From an uncultured Acidobacteriota bacterium (lineage in GTDB: Bacteria; Acidobacteriota; Thermoanaerobaculia; UBA5066; Gp7-AA6): a stretch of DNA of 64,000 nucleotides. Below the pieces are notes generated by a model, which was given only the letters and a program-made list of their open reading frames with translations, did no database searches and was not told the origin of the DNA. The stretch spans positions 284,854 through 348,853 of the forward strand of contig CAWFIK010000006.1 in assembly GCA_963815865.1 (NCBI GenBank). Direction: 5' to 3'. This document shows positions 8,257-20,645 of this stretch, one piece after another. Made by a program: the position numbers and the translations under genes. How positions within the stretch are numbered: position 1 is the stretch's first letter; every line of letters starts with the position of its first letter.

Positions 8257-8949
8257 ATGCTCGCGATAAGAGCCGAGAACCTCTCGAAAACCTATGCCGG
8301 CGAGGGCGCGCCGGTCACTGTCTTCGCGAATCTCTCGTTTGAATTGCGGGAGGGGGTCTTCGCGGCGGTGATGGGGCCCTCGGGAGTGGGGAAGTCCACG
8401 TTGCTTCATTTGCTCGGTGGGATCGACAGCCCGGATGCAGGGAGAGTCGAGATCTTCGGCCAGGCGCTGGAGGAGTTGCTCCCGCGCGATCGCGCGCGGT
8501 TCCGCAACGATCGGATCGGATTCGTCTTCCAGTTCCACCACCTGCTGCCGGAGTTCACGGCGGAGGAGAACGTCGCGTTCTCTCACCGCATCGCTGGGGA
8601 GTCCGCCTCGGAGGCGCGCCGGCGTGCGGCGCAGATGCTCGAACGCGTCGGATTGCTCGAACGGCGCGATCACCGTCCGCGCGCGCTGTCGGGCGGAGAG
8701 CAGCAGCGCGTCGCGATCGCGCGCGCCCTCGCCCGCGCTCCGAACCTGCTCCTGGCGGACGAGCCGACCGGAAACCTGGACGCGGATTCCTCCGGCGCCG
8801 TCTTCGATCTGCTCGAAGAGCTGCATCGCGAGCGGGGCATGACGACCGTCCTCGTCACGCATAACCCCGATCTCGCAAGTCGCTGTGATACCATCTACTT
8901 GATGTCGCGGGAAGGAATTTCGCCCGCGCCGGGTTCTTCCGGCGGATAG
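8257..8949 (+). CDS. lolD: lipoprotein-releasing ABC transporter ATP-binding protein
   Basis: It has Walker [10 protein letters not shown], the signature LSGGEQQR and Walker B LLLADEP. The start is trimmed to [13 protein letters not shown]. Confidence 0.88.
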   Translation: MLAIRAENLSKTYAGEGAPVTVFANLSFELREGVFAAVMGPSGVGKSTLLHLLGGIDSPDAGRVEIFGQALEELLPRDRARFRNDRIGFVFQFHHLLPEFTAEENVAFSHRIAGESASEARRRAAQMLERVGLLERRDHRPRALSGGEQQRVAIARALARAPNLLLADEPTGNLDADSSGAVFDLLEELHRERGMTTVLVTHNPDLASRCDTIYLMSREGISPAPGSSGG

Positions 8950-8984
8950 AGACCGAGCAATGGATCGGAGCCGGAACCCCTGCC

Positions 8985-11487
8985 ATGTTTGAGAAATACA
9001 ACGAGAAGGCGCGCCGGGCCCTCTTCTTCGCGCGCTATGAGGCCTCCAAGCTTGGCTCCAAGGTGATCGAGTCCGAGCACCTGCTGCTCGGCATCCTCCG
9101 CGAGGGGGAGGACATCATCAAGGAGATCTTCTCCCGCTTCAACGTGAAGCCGGACGAGGTCCGCCGCGAGATCGAGGGGGACCGCATCTTCGTCGAGCGG
9201 ATCTCCTCGACCGCCGAGCTGCCGCTCTCGGAGGAATCCAAGAAGATCCTCGCCTACGCCTCGCACGAGGCGGAATCCATGATGCATCCGTACGTGGGGA
9301 CCGAGCATCTGCTCATCGGGCTTCTCCGCGTGGATGGCTGCGTCGCGGGACGCCTCCTGACCGCGCGCGGGTTCAATCTCTACGGCGTTCGCGAGGAGAC
9401 GATCTCGCTGATCAAGGAGCGGGAGGTCTCCAAGCAGAAAAAGGAGCTCCCGTTCCTCGCCGAGTACAGCCGCGACCTGACGCAGCTCGCGGTGTCCGGC
9501 TCGTTCGATCCCCTGATCGGACGAGAGAAGGAGGTCGAGCGGATCATCCAGATCCTCTCGCGCCGCACGAAGAACAACCCGATCCTGCTCGGAGAGCCGG
9601 GCGTTGGCAAGACCGCGATCATCGAGGGGCTCGCGACGCGGATCGTGGAAGGCGCCGTGCCGATTTTCCTCGCGCAGAAGAAGATCCTGGCGCTCGACCT
9701 GTCGCTCATCGTGGCCGGCACGAAGTACCGCGGCCAATTCGAGGAGCGGCTGAAGGGGATCATCCGGGAGCTGCGCGAGAATCCGGACCTGATCATCTTC
9801 ATCGACGAGATCCACTCCCTGATCGGCGCGGGCTCGGCCGAGGGGTCCCTCGACGCGGCCAACATTCTGAAGCCCGCGCTCTCCCGCGGCGAGGTCTCCT
9901 GCATCGGGGCGACGACGCTCAAGGAGTACCGCAAGTACATCGAGAAGGACCGGAGCCTGCTGCGCCGCTTCCAGGCGATCCAGGTGACCGCGCCCACGGA
10001 GCTCGAGACCTTCGAGATCCTGGAGGGAGTCAAGGACCGCTACGAGCAGTTCCACAAGGTGCGCTACTCGCCCGAGGCGATCAGGACCGCCGTCTACCAG
10101 TCCAACCGCTACATCACCGACCGCTTCTTCCCCGACAAGGCGATCGACCTCCTGGACGAGGCGGGCGCCAAGGTGAAGTTGAAGCGCGTCGCCGACACGC
10201 AGAATCTCCGCAAGCTCGAAGTCGAGACGCGCCAGATCGTCAAGGAGATGAAGAAGGCGATCTCCGACAAGGATTTCGAGAAGGCGGTCTTCCTGCGCGA
10301 GCGCGAGATCGAGCTGAAGGAAGAGATCGAGCGAACCAAGGCGCAGACGGCCGAGCGGAGCGAGGCGACGCAGGAGGTCACGCGCCGGGACATCGAGGAG
10401 ATCATCTCGTCCTGGACCGGCATCCCGGTCGCCTCGCTCGAGATGGAAGAGGCGGAAAAGCTCCTCCACATGGAGGACGCGCTGCGCCGCCGCATCGTCG
10501 GTCAGGAGGCGGCGATCATCAGCGTCTCGAAAGCGATCCGCCGGTCGCGCCTCGGCGTCAACAACCCGAACCGGCCGATGGGCTCCTTCATCTTCCTCGG
10601 CCCCTCCGGCGTCGGGAAGACCGAAGTCGCCCGGCGCCTGGCCGAGTTCCTGTTCGAGAACCAGAAGTCGCTCGTGCGCTTCGACATGTCGGAGTACATG
10701 GAGAAGCACGCGGTCTCGAAGCTGATCGGCTCGCCCCCGGGCTACGTCGGGCACGAGGACGGCGGACAGCTGACGGAGCGCATCCGGCGCAATCCCTACA
10801 GCGTGATCCTCTTCGACGAGATCGAGAAGGCGCACCCGGACATCGCCAACCTCCTCCTCCAGATCCTGGAGGACGGGATCCTGACGGACGCCTACGGCAA
10901 CCTCGTCGATTTCAAGAACACGCTCATCATCATGACGTCGAACATCGGGACGAAGCACCTCGTCAACCGCACGCCGGATGGGCTTCGGCGGCTCCCGGGA
11001 GATCCAGAACAACAAGGAGCTCGAGGACCTGGTCTTGAAGGAGCTCAAGCAAGGACTTCTCGCCCGAGTTCATCAACCGGATCGACGAGACGATCGTGTT
11101 CCATCCGCTGGGCGCGGCCGAGCTCGCGAAGATCTGCCGGCTCTTGATCGACGACGTCAACACGACGCTCGCCCCGAAGGGGGCGTCGTCGACGTGGACG
11201 ACGCCGCGGTCGAGTGGCTGCTCGCCCAGAGCGGCGACGATCCGAACATGGGCGCGCGCCCGCTGCGCCGGGCCATCCAGAAGCACGTCGAGGACCCGGT
11301 CTCCGAGCTCCTGATCGCCGCCCGCGACGAGAAGCTCGAGGCGATCGAGGTTCGCGTCGGGCCCGAAGGCCTGACCGTCATCGCGCGCGAGCCCGAACCG
11401 ATCGTTCATCTAGTGCGGCCTGACCGCTTGCGGGTCTCGTGCGGAACAAGTGAGGCCCGCTCCGCGTTCGGGACCGCAGCGGCATGA
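8985..11487 (+). CDS. clpC: ATP-dependent Clp protease ATP-binding subunit ClpC-like (3' end frameshifted about 3 times after 10970)
   Basis: It has Clp_N repeats, two AAA modules ([16 protein letters not shown]) and a UVR-like linker. The C-terminus is split over ORFs 10978.. and 11096... The exact stop is uncertain. Confidence 0.85.
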
Positions 11488-11555
11488 GCGTTCTCCAATG
11501 GGACGTGCTTCCCGGGACGCCCGCCGGGCCGCCGGCGAGAGCGCGGTCGGCGCCC

Positions 11556-14079
11556 GTGAGATCGCGACTCGGGACGGCGGCGGCCTGCCTGCTTCCTCGC
11601 CCTCTGCGCCACTCTTGCCTCGGGCGCAGACGCCCGCCGCGTCGCCGCCTCCTCCCGCGGCGCCGCCCGCCGATCCCGCGCCGCGCCTCCGCCGCCTCCC
11701 GCCGCGCCCGCCGCGCGCGACGGAGAAGATCGTCGGCATCCGGGTCGTGGGCTACCAGACCGTCTCGCCCGACACGATCGCCCACTACCTGGGCGTCAAG
11801 GTCGGCGATCCGTACGACCCCGAGAAGATCCGCGACAACTTCCAGACGCTCTGGGACGTCGGACTGCTCGAGAACGTCTCGATCGAGGCGGAGCGCGGCG
11901 CCGGCGGCGTCACGCTCATCGTGACGATCGAGGAGCGGCCGACCATCAAGGAGGTCGACTTCACCGGCAACAAGAAGTTCTCGACACGCAGATCAAGGAC
12001 AGCTTGAGGGAGAACAAGATCGAGGTCGCGCGGGCGCGCCGCTCTCCCTGCGCGACGATCGCGAAGGCCCGTTCGGCGATCGCCGACTACTACACCGAGA
12101 ACGGCTACCGCAGCGCCACGGTCGACTTTCGCGATCGAGGACGTCTCGAAGACCGAGAAGAAGGTCGTGTTCGTCATCGACGAAGGGGACAAGATCAAGA
12201 TCGCCGCGATCCACTTCGAGGGGAACCATGTCTTCTCCAGTTCAGGCTGCGCAACGCGATGAGGAAGACGAAGGTCAACACTGGTGGCGGCTCCTCTCCG
12301 AGACGAGCACGACGTACAGCCAGGCCAACTACGACGCGGACGTCGAGAGCATCAAGGGCCTCTACCATTCCAAGGGGTACAAGGACGTCGTCGTCAAGGA
12401 CCCGGTCCTCGACATCTTCGTCAAGAACCCGAAGGCCCCGCCGAAGAAGCAGAAGAAGCGCGTCCGGATCACGATCCCTTGGTCGAGGGGGACCAGTTCT
12501 TCACCGACCAGATCCAGATCCTGAAGGTGGACCAGACGGGGCAGCCGGAGGAGGCGACGGCGCCGCTCGTCGTTCCCGCGCGAGGTCGCTGCTGAAGGAG
12601 TTCCGCGACCTCCCGCCGGGCTCCGTGCTCAACCGCGACCGGCTGATCGAGGCGCTCTCGAAGATCGAGGCGAGGTACAAGTCGCGGTCGGATACATCTA
12701 CTGGTTCGCGGACCCCGTGTACAGCGACGTCGGCAATCACCGCGTGGACATCGACCTGAAGCTCTTCGAGGGGGACAAGTTCTACCTCGGCCGCCTGGAA
12801 GTCACGGGCAACACGACCACCCGCGACAAGGTCATCCGGCGCGAGTTCGCCCTGGACGAAGGCGACGTCATGAACATGGAGGCGGTCAAGAAGAGCCTCC
12901 AGAAGCTCCAGCAGCTCGGCTACTTCAAGGTCGACGAAGAGCCGGAGTTCGGGGTGCGCGGCAGCCGAGAAGAAAGTCGATCTCACCCTCAAGGGGACGG
13001 AGACGTCGCGCAACGAGATTCAGTTCGGCGCGGGCTACTCGGCCCTGGACGGCTTCTTCGGGCAGTTCTCCTTCCAGACGCGCAATTTCCTGGGGCGCGG
13101 CGAGACGCTGGGGCTGTCCGCGCAGGTCGGGAAGATCTCGAACTACTACAACCTCTCGTACACGATCCCCTGGTTCATGGACCGCAACCAGACGGTCGGC
13201 GCCTCGCTCTACAGCAACGACGTCAACTACCTGAACATCGACGAGAGGCGGAAGGGAGGAAACACTTTCTTCGGCAAGGGCCTCGGCCTCTTCGACAGCT
13301 GGTCGGTTCTCTACCAGTACGAGGACGTGAAGGCGAACTTCCCGGTTCGCGGAGCGCAGATCCCTCCCGGCCAGCCCGCGCCCCCCACGAAGTTCACCGA
13401 GGTCCTCGGGACCACCTCGTCCTTCACTCCGGGCTATCGCTACGACAGCCGAAACGACCCGTTCGATCCGAACCAGGGATTCCGGTTCTTCTCGACGGCG
13501 CAGTTCGCGGGCACGGTGCTGGGAGGAACGGACAACTTCATCAAGCCGCTGATCGGGGGCTCCGGCTACATCGGCCTGCGCTTCCCTCGCCACACGTACT
13601 TCGCTTTCAACCTGGAGGGAGGGTGGGTCACCGCATACGGCGGGAAGGACGTCCCGATCTTCGAGCGGTTCCAGATCGGAGGCGAGCAGAGCCTGCGGGG
13701 CTTCCGCGCGGGCGCGGTGCTGCCGCTGGACAAGAACAACGTGGTCTTCACGGACGATTCGGGGCGCATCCTCGGGGGGAACAAGTATTTCGTCTTCAAT
13801 CTCGAATACGTGTTCGTCACGGTCGGACCGGCCAAGCTCCTCGCGTTTTCCGACATCGGGAACGTCTACCACGAGAGCCAGAAGTTCGATCTGTCGCGCA
13901 TCCGCTCCTCGGTGGGGCTGGAGATGCGCATCTTCCTGCCGATCTTCCAGGCGCCGCTTCGCTTCATCTACTCCTGGAACCTCCACCCGATCACGCCGAT
14001 CGACCAATTCGGCTTTCCGATCAACAGCCTGAGCGAGCGGAGGTCGGGATTCGATTTTTCTATCGGCAGGACGTTCTAG
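11556..14079 (+). CDS. bamA: outer membrane protein assembly factor BamA (many frameshifts in this assembly)
   Basis: POTRA-like segments and the beta-barrel are spread over ORFs 11450.., 12004.., 12228.., 12717.. and 13177... The protein ends in ...FSIGRTF with a terminal Phe. The start is approximate. Confidence 0.8.
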
Positions 14080-14177
14080 AGAGGACGCTTCTCCGTCCCC
14101 AGGAATGCCCGGTTGGAGGCCCCTGTTATGGAAGCCTTGGAATTTGCTAGTATTGCCGGCTTCGCAAAGGAGATGGA

Positions 14178-14843
14178 ATGAAACGGTTCGTGCTTTCGAT
14201 CCTGGCGGCCGGTGTCGCGGCAGCCATGCTGGCTCAGACATCGACCTCCGGAGCGGCCCCCCAGGCCCCGGCTTCGGGATCGGCCGCGTCGGGGATCGCG
14301 ATCATTGACGCTCAGAAGCTGGCGCTGGAATCGGCTCCCGGCAAGGAGGCCTACGGCCGCCTGCAGAAGCTCTCCGCCCAGAAGAAGGAAGACCTCGACA
14401 AGGTCGAGAAGGAAGCCCGGGACCTGGTCCAGAAGCTCACGGACCAGGGGTCTTCGATGCCGGCGGACAAGCTCGACGCGCTCCAGAAGCAGGCCGACGA
14501 CAAGCAGAAGACATGGAAGCGGATGCAGGAGGACGCCCAGAAGGACCTGCAGGAGGCCGAGCGCAAGGAGATGGCGAAGCTCGAGACGCTCATTGGCCCG
14601 ATCGTGAAGGAGTACTTCAAGGAGAGGCGCTTCGCGGTCGTGCTCGACTCCCGAGCCGGCATCATGTACGCCGACGACGCGGTCAACGTGACCGACGAGG
14701 TCCTGAAGCGCATCAACACGAACGTCGCGCTCCCGCCGCCCAGGGCGGCCGAGGCGCCCAAGACGCAGACGGGCGCGCCGGCGGCGCAGAAGTCGGCGCC
14801 CCCGGCCGTCAAGCCGACGCCCGCCGCCAAGAAGCCTTCCTAG
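14178..14843 (+). CDS. OmpH/Skp family periplasmic chaperone
   Basis: Intact 221 aa with a signal peptide and a long coiled-coil, K/E/Q-rich body. It sits in the canonical position between bamA and lpxD. Confidence 0.85.
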   Translation: MKRFVLSILAAGVAAAMLAQTSTSGAAPQAPASGSAASGIAIIDAQKLALESAPGKEAYGRLQKLSAQKKEDLDKVEKEARDLVQKLTDQGSSMPADKLDALQKQADDKQKTWKRMQEDAQKDLQEAERKEMAKLETLIGPIVKEYFKERRFAVVLDSRAGIMYADDAVNVTDEVLKRINTNVALPPPRAAEAPKTQTGAPAAQKSAPPAVKPTPAAKKPS

Positions 14844-14993
14844 CGGGCGGTCCGGGCGAGGGTGCGGAGGGCGGAAAGGGCCGGCTCGGGTACTATCCGT
14901 CCCCGGTGAAAGCGACGAAAACGATCCGGGGCGCCTCCGGAAGCCGCGGGAGGGGCGAACTCGGCCCCGCGCGGATCCTTCACACTCGGTGAA

Positions 14994-16001
14994 GTGGCCC
15001 GCGCCGTCGGAGGGCGCGTCCATGGCGACGGGTCACTGCGCCTCCTGGGCGTCCAGGGGCTGGACCGGGCCGGACCCGAAGATCTCTCCTGGGTCGCCGA
15101 CCGGCGCAGGACGCGCGAGGCCGAAAGGAGCCGTGCCGGGGCCCTTCTCGCCGGCTCCGAAGAGGACTGCGCCGGCAAGCCGGGCGTCGTCGTCGCGTCT
15201 CCGACCCTCGCACTGGCCGAATGGCTGGAGCAGCTCCTTCCAACCGCCACCGTCCCGCGGCGAGTCTCGAAGCGCGCCCATGTCCATTCCTCGGCCTCGC
15301 TTGGACGGGGTGTAGCGGTGGCTGCGGGCGCGACGGTCGAAGCGGGGGCGGTCATCGGCGCGCGCACCGTTCTCTGCGCGGGGTCCTTCGTCGGGAGGGA
15401 CGCCGTCATCGGAGCGGACTGCTATCTCCACCCCAACTCCGCCGTCCTCGAGCGGTGCTCGGTCGGCGCGCGCTGCGTCCTGCAGGCCGGTTCCGTAGTC
15501 GGGTCGGACGGGTTCGGCTACGCGTGGGACGGCTCGCGGCACCGGAAGATCCCGCAGAAGGGGATCGTGCGCATCGAGGACGACGTCGAGGTCGGCGCCA
15601 ACAGCGCGATCGACCGCGCTACGCTGGGGGAGACCGTGATCGGGCGCGGGACCAAGATCGACAACCTCGTCCAGGTGGGGCACAACGTCGTCATCGGGGA
15701 GGATTCCCTTCTCTGCGGGCAGTCGGGAATCGCCGGCTCGTCGCGGCTGGGACGCCGGGTGACGCTCGCCGGCCAGGTCGGCGTCGGAGACCACGTCACG
15801 ATCGGCGACGGGACGATCGCCACGGGACAGGCGGGCGTGATCGGCGATCTTCCCGCGGGAGCGAGTCGTTCTCGGGAATGCCGGCGGCCCCGCACCGGGA
15901 GTTCCTGAGGAGGGCCGCGGTCGTCGCACGATTGCCGGAGCTGGAGCGCCGCCTGGAGAGAATCGAGAGAGGCTCGCGCAGGTGCGCGAAGGAGAGAAGC
16001 C
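14994..16001 (+). CDS. lpxD: UDP-3-O-acylglucosamine N-acyltransferase (frameshifted; both ends approximate)
   Basis: It has an [12 protein letters not shown]-type N-terminus and left-handed beta-helix hexapeptide repeats. The C-terminal helix lies in a second frame. Confidence 0.8.
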
Positions 16002-16441
16002 GTGGAAATCGGAATCGCCGAAATCCTGAAGATCCTCCCGCACCGCTATCCCTTTCTCCTCGTGGATCGGATCCTCGAGATCGAGAAGGGAAAGCGGATC
16101 GTGGGGATCAAGAACGTGACGTTCAACGAGGAGTTCTTCCAGGGGCACTTCCCGGGCAATCCGGTGATGCCCGGAGTCCTCATCGTGGAGGCGATGGCGC
16201 AGGTCGTCGGCGATCGGCCTCATGGGCGTCGTCCCGGACCACGAGAAGAAGCTCCTGTATCTGTCGGCGGTCGACCGCTGCAAGTTCCGCCGGCCGGTGC
16301 TGCCGGGCGACCAGCTGCGCATCGAGGCGGAGATCGTGAATCTCGAAGACCCGGGTCTGCAAGTGCCGGGCCGTGGCGACGGTCAACGGAGCGCTCTGCG
16401 CGGAAGCGGAGCTGCTTTCGACCCTCGTGGACCGGCCGTGA
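16002..16441 (+). CDS. fabZ: 3-hydroxyacyl-ACP dehydratase FabZ (2 frameshifts)
   Basis: It contains [13 protein letters not shown] and [20 protein letters not shown]. The reading frame moves 0 to 1 to 2. Confidence 0.88.
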
Positions 16442-17218
16442 CGGCGGCGGTGCATCCGACGGCGATCGTTTCTGCCGAGGCGCGTCTCGAAGACGGCGTC
16501 GAGATCGGGCCCTACGCGATCATCGGGCCGGACGTCGTGATCGGTGCGAGAACCCGGGTCGGCGCGCACGCCTCGATCGACGGGCCGACGGTGGTCGGAG
16601 AGGGGAACCGCGTATTCCCTCACGCCGTCCTGGGATTCGACCCGCAGGACCTGAAGTACCACGGCGAGCAGACGCGCCTGACGGTCGGATCCCGCAACGT
16701 CTTCCGCGAGTTCTCGACCGTCCACCGCGGGACCGTGACCGGCCGCGGCGAGACCGTCATCGGCGACGACGACTACTTCATGTCCTACAGCCATATCGCC
16801 CACGACTGCCGCATCGGGTCGTTCGCGGTCTTCGCCAACTCCGCGTGCTCTGGCGGGCCACGTCGACATGGGGGACCGCGTCATCCTCGGGGCGTTCGTC
16901 GGGGCGCACCAGTTCACGCGGGTCGGGCGAGTACGCGTTCGTCGGCGCCTACGCGCAGATCCGGCAGGACGTGCTGCCGTTCTGCAAGACCGACGGCATC
17001 GAAGCGAAGACCTACGGCCTGAACCGCATCGGACTCAAGCGCAACGGCTTCACGCGACGAGAGGCTGCGGGCGCTCGAGCGCGCCTACCGCCTCCTCGTC
17101 AGGTCCAAGCTCAACACGACGCAGGCGCTCGAGCGGATCGAGGCGGAGCTGCCGGGCAGCCGGACGTCGCGATCTGGTCGAGTTCATCCGGTCGAGCAAG
17201 AGGGGCTTCCACCGATGA
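16438..17218 (+). CDS. lpxA: acyl-ACP--UDP-N-acetylglucosamine O-acyltransferase (frameshifted)
   Basis: Its GTG start overlaps the fabZ stop (GTGA). It begins IHPTAIV, has hexapeptide repeats, and ends in a KRGF-type C-terminus. Confidence 0.85.
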
Positions 17219-18201
17219 CGATCGCGATCCGCCTGAGCACCCGAGACTCCGTCAGTCGCCGTCGTCGGCGTCGGGCCACCTGGGGCGGCACCACGCCCGG
17301 GTCGCCGCGGCGCTGCCGGGGGTCCGAGGTCGTGGGGGTCCACGACCACCACGCCGGGCCGGGCGGAGGAGGTCGGCGCAGGAGTTCGGCCTCCGGATCC
17401 TGCCGGACGCTCGAGGCGTGGCGCAGGAGGCGGAGGCGGCGATCGTCGCGACGCCCACGGTGAGCCACGCGGAGGTCTCCGCGTTCCTCTGGCGCGGGGC
17501 TGGACGTGCTGATCGAGAAGCCGATCACGCCGACGTTCGCGAGGCGGACGCGCTGCTCGACCTGCGCGCGGGCGAAGGACCGGATCGTGCAGGTGGGGCA
17601 CGTCGAGCGCTACAACCCGGCCGTCGAGGCGGCGCTCGCGATGGTCCGGACGCCGCTCTTCGTGGAGGTCCACCGCCTGGGCGTCTTCACGCGCGCGGAG
17701 CCTGGACGTCGACGTCGTGCTCGACCTGATGATCCACGACCTGCAGATCGTGCAGGCGCTCGTCGGGGGCCGCGCGTGGACATGCGGGCCGTCGGCGTGC
17801 CCGTGCTCACGCCCCAGCTCGACATCGCCAACGCGCGGCTGGAGTTCGAGGGGGGATGCGTCGCGAACCTGACCGCTTCCCGCGTCTCCGCCGGAAAAGT
17901 CCGCAAGCTGCCGGATCTTCGCCCCGCGCTCTACGTCTCCGTGGACATGCAGAGCCGGACGGTCAAGGCGTTCCGCCTCGCGCGCGGGAAGGCGGCGAGC
18001 CGGAGATCGTCGCCGCCGAGGTCCCGGTCGGGCGCGGAGGAGCCGCTCGCGCGGGAGATGGCCGACTTCGCCCGGCGCGGTGCCTGAGCGCCGCGCCCCC
18101 TGGTGACCGGGGAGGCGGGGCGCGACGCGCTCGCCCTCGCGCACGGGGTCCACGAGGCGGTCGAGCGGCACCGCCTGACGGCGGAAGGAGCCCGGGCATG
18201 A
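17215..18201 (+). CDS. Gfo/Idh/MocA family oxidoreductase (frameshifted)
   Basis: It has an ATGA overlap with lpxA. Motifs present are VAVVGVGHLG (Rossmann), LIEKPI and [11 protein letters not shown]. Confidence 0.75.
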
Positions 18202-19083
18202 CGGCGCGTCCGAGCGCGCGTCGGCCTGATCGGCGGGAGCGGCGTCTACGACCTGTCCGGGATCGAGGGCCTGCAGCGAGGAGCGGCTCGAGACGCCGTT
18301 CGGCGCGCCGTCCGACTCCTACTTCACGGGAACGCTCGCGGGCGTGCCGGTCGCCTTCTTCTCGCGGCACGGGCGCGGACACCGCTACGGCTCCGTCCGA
18401 GATCAACTACCGCGCCAACATCTGCGGATTCAAGATGCTCGGCTGCGACGCGATCCTGTCCGCGTCGGCGGTGGGGAGCCTCAAGGAGGAGTACGCGCCG
18501 CGGCACGCCGTCGTTCCCGATCAGTTCATCGACCGGACGCGGCACCGCGCCGACACGTTCTTCGGCGAGGGGATCGTCGCGCATGTCGCGTTCGCGGATC
18601 CCGGTGTGCCCGTCGCTTTCCGCGCGCTCTCGACGCGAGCGCGCGGGACGGCGGGCTGACCGTTCACGCGGGCGGCACGTACGTCTGCATGGAAGGGCCG
18701 CAGTTCTCCACGCGCGCCGAGTCGAACCTGTACCGCGTCTGGGGCGCCGACGTGATCGGCATGACGAACCTGACGGAGGCGAAGCTCGCCCGCGAAGCGG
18801 AGATCTGCTACGCGTCGCTCGCGCTCGTGACCGACTACGACTGCTGGCGCGAGGCGACGGAAGCCGTGTCGGTCGAGACGATCTCGACGGTCCTCTCGGA
18901 GAACGCGGCGGCCGCGCGGCGAAAGCATGCGCGGCGCCGTCGGCCGCGTGGATCCCGCCCGGGCCTGCTGCGGCTGCCGCCAGGCGATGCGGTACGCGAT
19001 CCTGACCGACCCCAAGGCGATCTCCGAGCGCAGGCCCGACGAGACGCGGCTGCAAGGCCGATCGCGGCGGACGGTACCTGTGA
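18198..19083 (+). CDS. mtnP: S-methyl-5'-thioadenosine phosphorylase (frameshifted)
   Basis: Motifs present are [35 protein letters not shown] and [18 protein letters not shown]. Confidence 0.85.
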
Positions 19084-20108
19084 CGGCCGAAGCGCGCGCG
19101 CCGCCACGGGTCGGCTCGTCGTCACGGGCTCGGTGGCGTTCGACTACCTGATGACCTTTCCCGGGACGATTCGTCGAGCACCTGATCCCCGACCAGATGG
19201 CGCGTCTTTCCGTCTCGTTCCTCGTGGACGAAATGCGCCGCGTGCCGGGCGGCTGCGCGCCCGAACATCGCCTACGGCCTGGCGCTGCTGGGGGAGACGG
19301 CCGCTGCTTTTCGCGACGGCGGGCCGCGACGCCGCCGCATACCGGGAGCGGCTGGAGCGCGAAGGTGTCGACGTCACGGGCCTGCTCCTCCACGAGATGT
19401 CTTCACCGCTTCGTTCTTCGTCTCGACCGACCAGGACCAGAACCAGCTCGCCTCCTTCTACACCGGCGCGATGGCCGCGCGCGCGGGACCTTCGCTCGGA
19501 TCGCTCGATCCCGGCCGGGATCGCGCTCGTGGTCGTCTCACCCAACGACCCGCCGGCGATGGCGCGGTACGCGGCCGAGTGCCGGCGAGTTCGGGATCCC
19601 GTTTCTCTACGATCCCAGCCAGCAGGTGGCGCGGCTCTCCGGCGAGGAGCTCGCGCGCGGGGCTCTCCGGGCGCCGCGATCCTGATCGTCAACGACTACG
19701 AGATCGGCATCCTCGACCAGAAGACGGGCTGGCGCGCGAGGAGCTCGAGGAGCGGGTGCCGGTCGTGGTCGTGACGCACGGTGCGCGAGGGCTCGACGAT
19801 CTCCTGGACGGCAGCGGGGAGCGCGCACGGTACGGCATGCCTCCCGGCGGCCTGTCGAAAAGGAGGCCGTCGATCCGACGGGAGTGGGGGACGCCTTCCG
19901 GGCCGGTTTGATGCGGGGGATCCGGATCGGGGCTTCCTGGGAGGCGCGGGGCGGATGGGAAGCGTGGCGGCGGTCTTCGCCCTGGAAGCGCAGGGCCCTC
20001 AGCCGCCGCCGCTACCGCCGGGATTCAGTTCCGGTAGAGCGGCTTCGGCACGAGCCGGCTCTGGCGGCGCTCGACACCGCGATCCCCGGAGCGAGCTGTC
20101 GGCGGTGA
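19080..20108 (+). CDS. PfkB family carbohydrate/nucleoside kinase (adenosine kinase-like; frameshifted, 3' end uncertain)
   Basis: Contains GSVAFDYLMTFPG, GGCAPNIAYGLALLG and the DPTGVGDAFRAG anion-hole motif. Confidence 0.7.
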
Positions 20109-20147
20109 GCGTGCTAAGATCCTCCCTTCTTAACGAGGGATCGTTCC

Positions 20148-20645
20148 TTGAACAACCGCCGTGTCCCGCGCCGCGTGGCTCCGAGTTCTTCGACCGAAGG
20201 CCGTCGAGGGAGACTCGACGCGTCCGGTCTTTGCGTCACGGTGGTCTGCTCCCGCTGGAATCCGACCATCACCGACGCCATGCTCGGCTCCGCCCTCGAC
20301 GCGCTCGAGGAGCGCGGGGCACGCGGTCCGACGTCCGCGTCATGCGCGTGCCGGGCGCGTTCGAGCTGCCTCGCCGCGGCGCGAGCCGCTCTCGCCGCGG
20401 CAGTCCGGCCCGGACGCCGTGATCGTGCTCGGCGCGATCGTGCGCGGCGAGACGACGCCATCACGAGGTGCTCGGCCACGCCGTCGGCAACGCGCTGGCG
20501 GCGCTCGACCGCGGAGACGGGCCGGCCGATCGGGTTCGGGCTGCTGACCTGCGACACGATGGACCAGGCGCGCGCGCGCACGGGCAAGGGCGCCGAGGCG
20601 GCGGAGGCCGCCGTCGAGATGGCGAACCTGCGGCGCGCGCTGTGA
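20148..20645 (+). CDS. ribH: 6,7-dimethyl-8-ribityllumazine synthase (frameshifted)
   Basis: Contains SRWN..I...L, VPGAFELP (in a second frame) and GFGLLTCDT. The TTG start is uncertain. Confidence 0.75.
   Translation: MNNRRVPRRVAPSSSTEGRRGRLDASGLCVTVVCSRWNPTITDAMLGSALDALEERGARGPTSASCACRARSSCLAAARAALAAAVRPGRRDRARRDRARRDDAITRCSATPSATRWRRSTAETGRPIGFGLLTCDTMDQARARTGKGAEAAEAAVEMANLRRAL

Noticed and set aside
8895-11048. A 717-aa ORF antisense to clpC. Similar long antisense or out-of-frame ORFs occur at 5364..6989 (antisense to lysS), 4137..5276, 3182..5005, 54679..57477, 50535-region shadows, 15033..16322, 17050..18171 and 20114..21367.
   Set aside because: These are shadow ORFs, typical of very GC-rich DNA where stop codons are rare off-frame. 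Their translations are Arg/Pro/Gly/Asp-rich low-complexity sequence with no motifs, and each overlaps a confidently identified gene in another frame or on the other strand.
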